From Gammaproteobacteria bacterium (GTDB lineage Bacteria; Pseudomonadota; Gammaproteobacteria; GCA-002705445; GCA-002716945), in the NCBI GenBank assembly GCA_018670435.1, contig JABHRC010000014.1:1-61869 (forward strand): a stretch of DNA of 61,869 bases, read 5' to 3'. Positions 60,192 to 61,869 of this stretch are shown one piece after another. How positions within the stretch are numbered: the first letter of the stretch is position 1; each line of letters starts with the position of its first letter. Under the pieces are notes generated by a model, which was given only the letters and a program-made list of their open reading frames with translations, did no database searches and was not told the origin of the DNA. Position numbers and translations under genes: made by a program.

Positions 60192-61483
60192 TAAATAATA
60201 TCTCTATCTTGATTGATTGATTCATAATAATCTAAAAACTCAGAGACAGTATAAAATGAGCCATATACAATAAGACGGTCTTCTTTACGTAAGGACTTTA
60301 TGGCCTCGATACATGCCTCATCAATAGTCTCGAATGTTTCAATATTATTATCGCTTATAGCACCAGACATTCTAGTTTTAATCTCATCAGAATTCATTCC
60401 TCGTTCACTATTTATAGTACCGCAAAACCATTTATCTACATTATTCACCATTGGTTTAACTAAACTATAAACATCTTTGTCCTTTAATATGCCAACAACT
60501 GCTATAGTATTTTTTTTTGGTTCTCTATTAATATTATCCATTAATTTCTCTGCAGAATCTGCATTATGGGCAACGTCAATAATAATCTCTGGATGCGATG
60601 CTATTTTTTGATATCTACCTATCAAGGATATATTATTAATTCCTTTACTAAGTAGTTTAGTATTCTCAATTATACTTGGCTCAATAATCTCCAGTGCTTG
60701 CAACGCTGCTGCTGCATGATTATATTGAAAATCTCCCCGCAATGGTAACAGAGGTAATACTAATTCTTTTCCTAAATTACTTCGCCATGTCCATGTATCT
60801 TTGGAAATTTTTGTAAAAAAATCATTTTGATTATATAAAAAATTAGAGCCATTTTTCTTCGCATAACTTAATAAAACTGTTGGTGGATCTTGGTCAGCAT
60901 ATATGCATGGAGAAAATGGTCTCATTACACCTGCCTTCTCCAAAGCTATACTCTCAATCGTGGTACCCAGAAATTCTGTATGATCGATACCTATAGAGGT
61001 GATTATTGATAAATTAGAATCAATAATATTGGTAGCATCAAGTCTCCCACCCAAACCAACCTCTAAAACTACATAGTCTAAGTTTCTTTTACTAAATAAA
61101 TAAAAAGCTGTTAAGGTTGCAAATTCAAAATATGTTAAGGTTGTCTCACCTCTCAACTTATCTATCATTTCAAACGTCTCAATTAATTCTGAAGATGTTA
61201 TCTCTTCTTTGTTTACCTTAATCCTTTCATTATAGCGCTTAATGTGAGGTGATGTAAAAGTTCCAACTGAGTAGTTATTTTCAAATAAAATACTTTCTAA
61301 TATTGCTACAGTAGATCCTTTGCCATTTGTTCCAGCTACAATAATAACTTTGTTAGCAATACCTGTAATGTTTAATTTTTCATATACCGATTTAATGCGT
61401 TCTAATTTAAAATCAATATTTTGAGGATGAAGGGTTTGCTGCCAATCAAGCCATTCTTGTAAATTACTTGGATATTCTTTCAC
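60191..61483 (-). CDS. folC: Dihydrofolate synthase/folylpolyglutamate synthase
   Basis: [36 protein letters not shown] start. Confidence 0.96.
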   Translation of the reverse strand: MKEYPSNLQEWLDWQQTLHPQNIDFKLERIKSVYEKLNITGIANKVIIVAGTNGKGSTVAILESILFENNYSVGTFTSPHIKRYNERIKVNKEEITSSELIETFEMIDKLRGETTLTYFEFATLTAFYLFSKRNLDYVVLEVGLGGRLDATNIIDSNLSIITSIGIDHTEFLGTTIESIALEKAGVMRPFSPCIYADQDPPTVLLSYAKKNGSNFLYNQNDFFTKISKDTWTWRSNLGKELVLPLLPLRGDFQYNHAAAALQALEIIEPSIIENTKLLSKGINNISLIGRYQKIASHPEIIIDVAHNADSAEKLMDNINREPKKNTIAVVGILKDKDVYSLVKPMVNNVDKWFCGTINSERGMNSDEIKTRMSGAISDNNIETFETIDEACIEAIKSLRKEDRLIVYGSFYTVSEFLDYYESINQDRDII

Positions 61484-61869
61484 TATTATAGTTACTCATC
61501 AAAGATGAAATAATTTCAGCTAACTTAGCTTTCTGATTATTTCTATCTAATATAAAATCTATAGCACCATGATCTTGTAAAAACTCACTTCTTTGAAATC
61601 CTTTCGGGAGTTTCTCTCCAACAGTTTGTTCAATAACTCTTGGGCCAGCAAAACCAATTAGGGCATTTGGCTCACCAATATTAATATCACCCAACATAGC
61701 TAAACTAGCAGACACTCCGCCCATAGTCGGATCAGTTAATACAGAGATATAAGGTAAACCTTCTTGAGACAAATCATTCAGTGCATCACTCGTTTTAGCC
61801 ATTTGAAACAAAGAGAATAGGGATTCCTGCATCCTTGCTCCACCGCTTGCAGAAAAACAAATAAGAGGA
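61464..61869 (-). CDS. accD: Acetyl-CoA carboxylase carboxyltransferase beta subunit, 5' part outside the window
   Basis: [45 protein letters not shown]. Confidence 0.96.
   Translation of the reverse strand, partial: PLICFSASGGARMQESLFSLFQMAKTSDALNDLSQEGLPYISVLTDPTMGGVSASLAMLGDINIGEPNALIGFAGPRVIEQTVGEKLPKGFQRSEFLQDHGAIDFILDRNNQKAKLAEIISSLMSNYNSERISK

Overview
Core chromosomal segment of a very AT-rich (roughly 30% GC by eye), tightly packed, streamlined gammaproteobacterium. It carries about 69 CDS, mostly on the minus strand, and two tRNAs (Asn-GTT, cut by the window edge, and Leu-CAA). Conserved blocks: galU/fdxA; rlmB-rpsF-rpsR-rplI-dnaB; nnrD-tsaE-miaA-hfq-hflKC-DUF2065-hisZ-purA; rluC/rne-mltF-dapD; smc-ligA; queF-M23-DUF4242; trmJ-iscRSA-hscBA-fdx-iscX-ndk-hisS-yfgM-bamB-der; queA-tgt-yajC-secDF/suhB; gyrA-pheA-hisC-tyrA-aroA-cmk-rpsA-ihfB-lapAB-pyrF; amidohydrolase-ubiG-gph; accD-folC-dedD-cvpA-purF-L,D-transpeptidase. 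I found no mobile element, CRISPR array or prophage. Most notable: (1) a 147-aa stand-alone protein next to tRNA-Leu that appears to keep the catalytic Cys and the 2-His-1-Glu iron triad of sulfur oxygenase reductase in a half-size scaffold; (2) a 944-aa SMC with intact ATPase head motifs but no recognisable hinge; (3) an isc operon lacking iscU while keeping hscAB; (4) two retained pseudoenzymes (SuhB and an MtaD-like amidohydrolase); (5) a five-domain ribosomal protein S1 together with several apparently leaderless genes; (6) a DUF2065 gene missed by the ORF track that may start at ATA. Family assignments rest on motif recognition and remembered reference sequences, not database searches.
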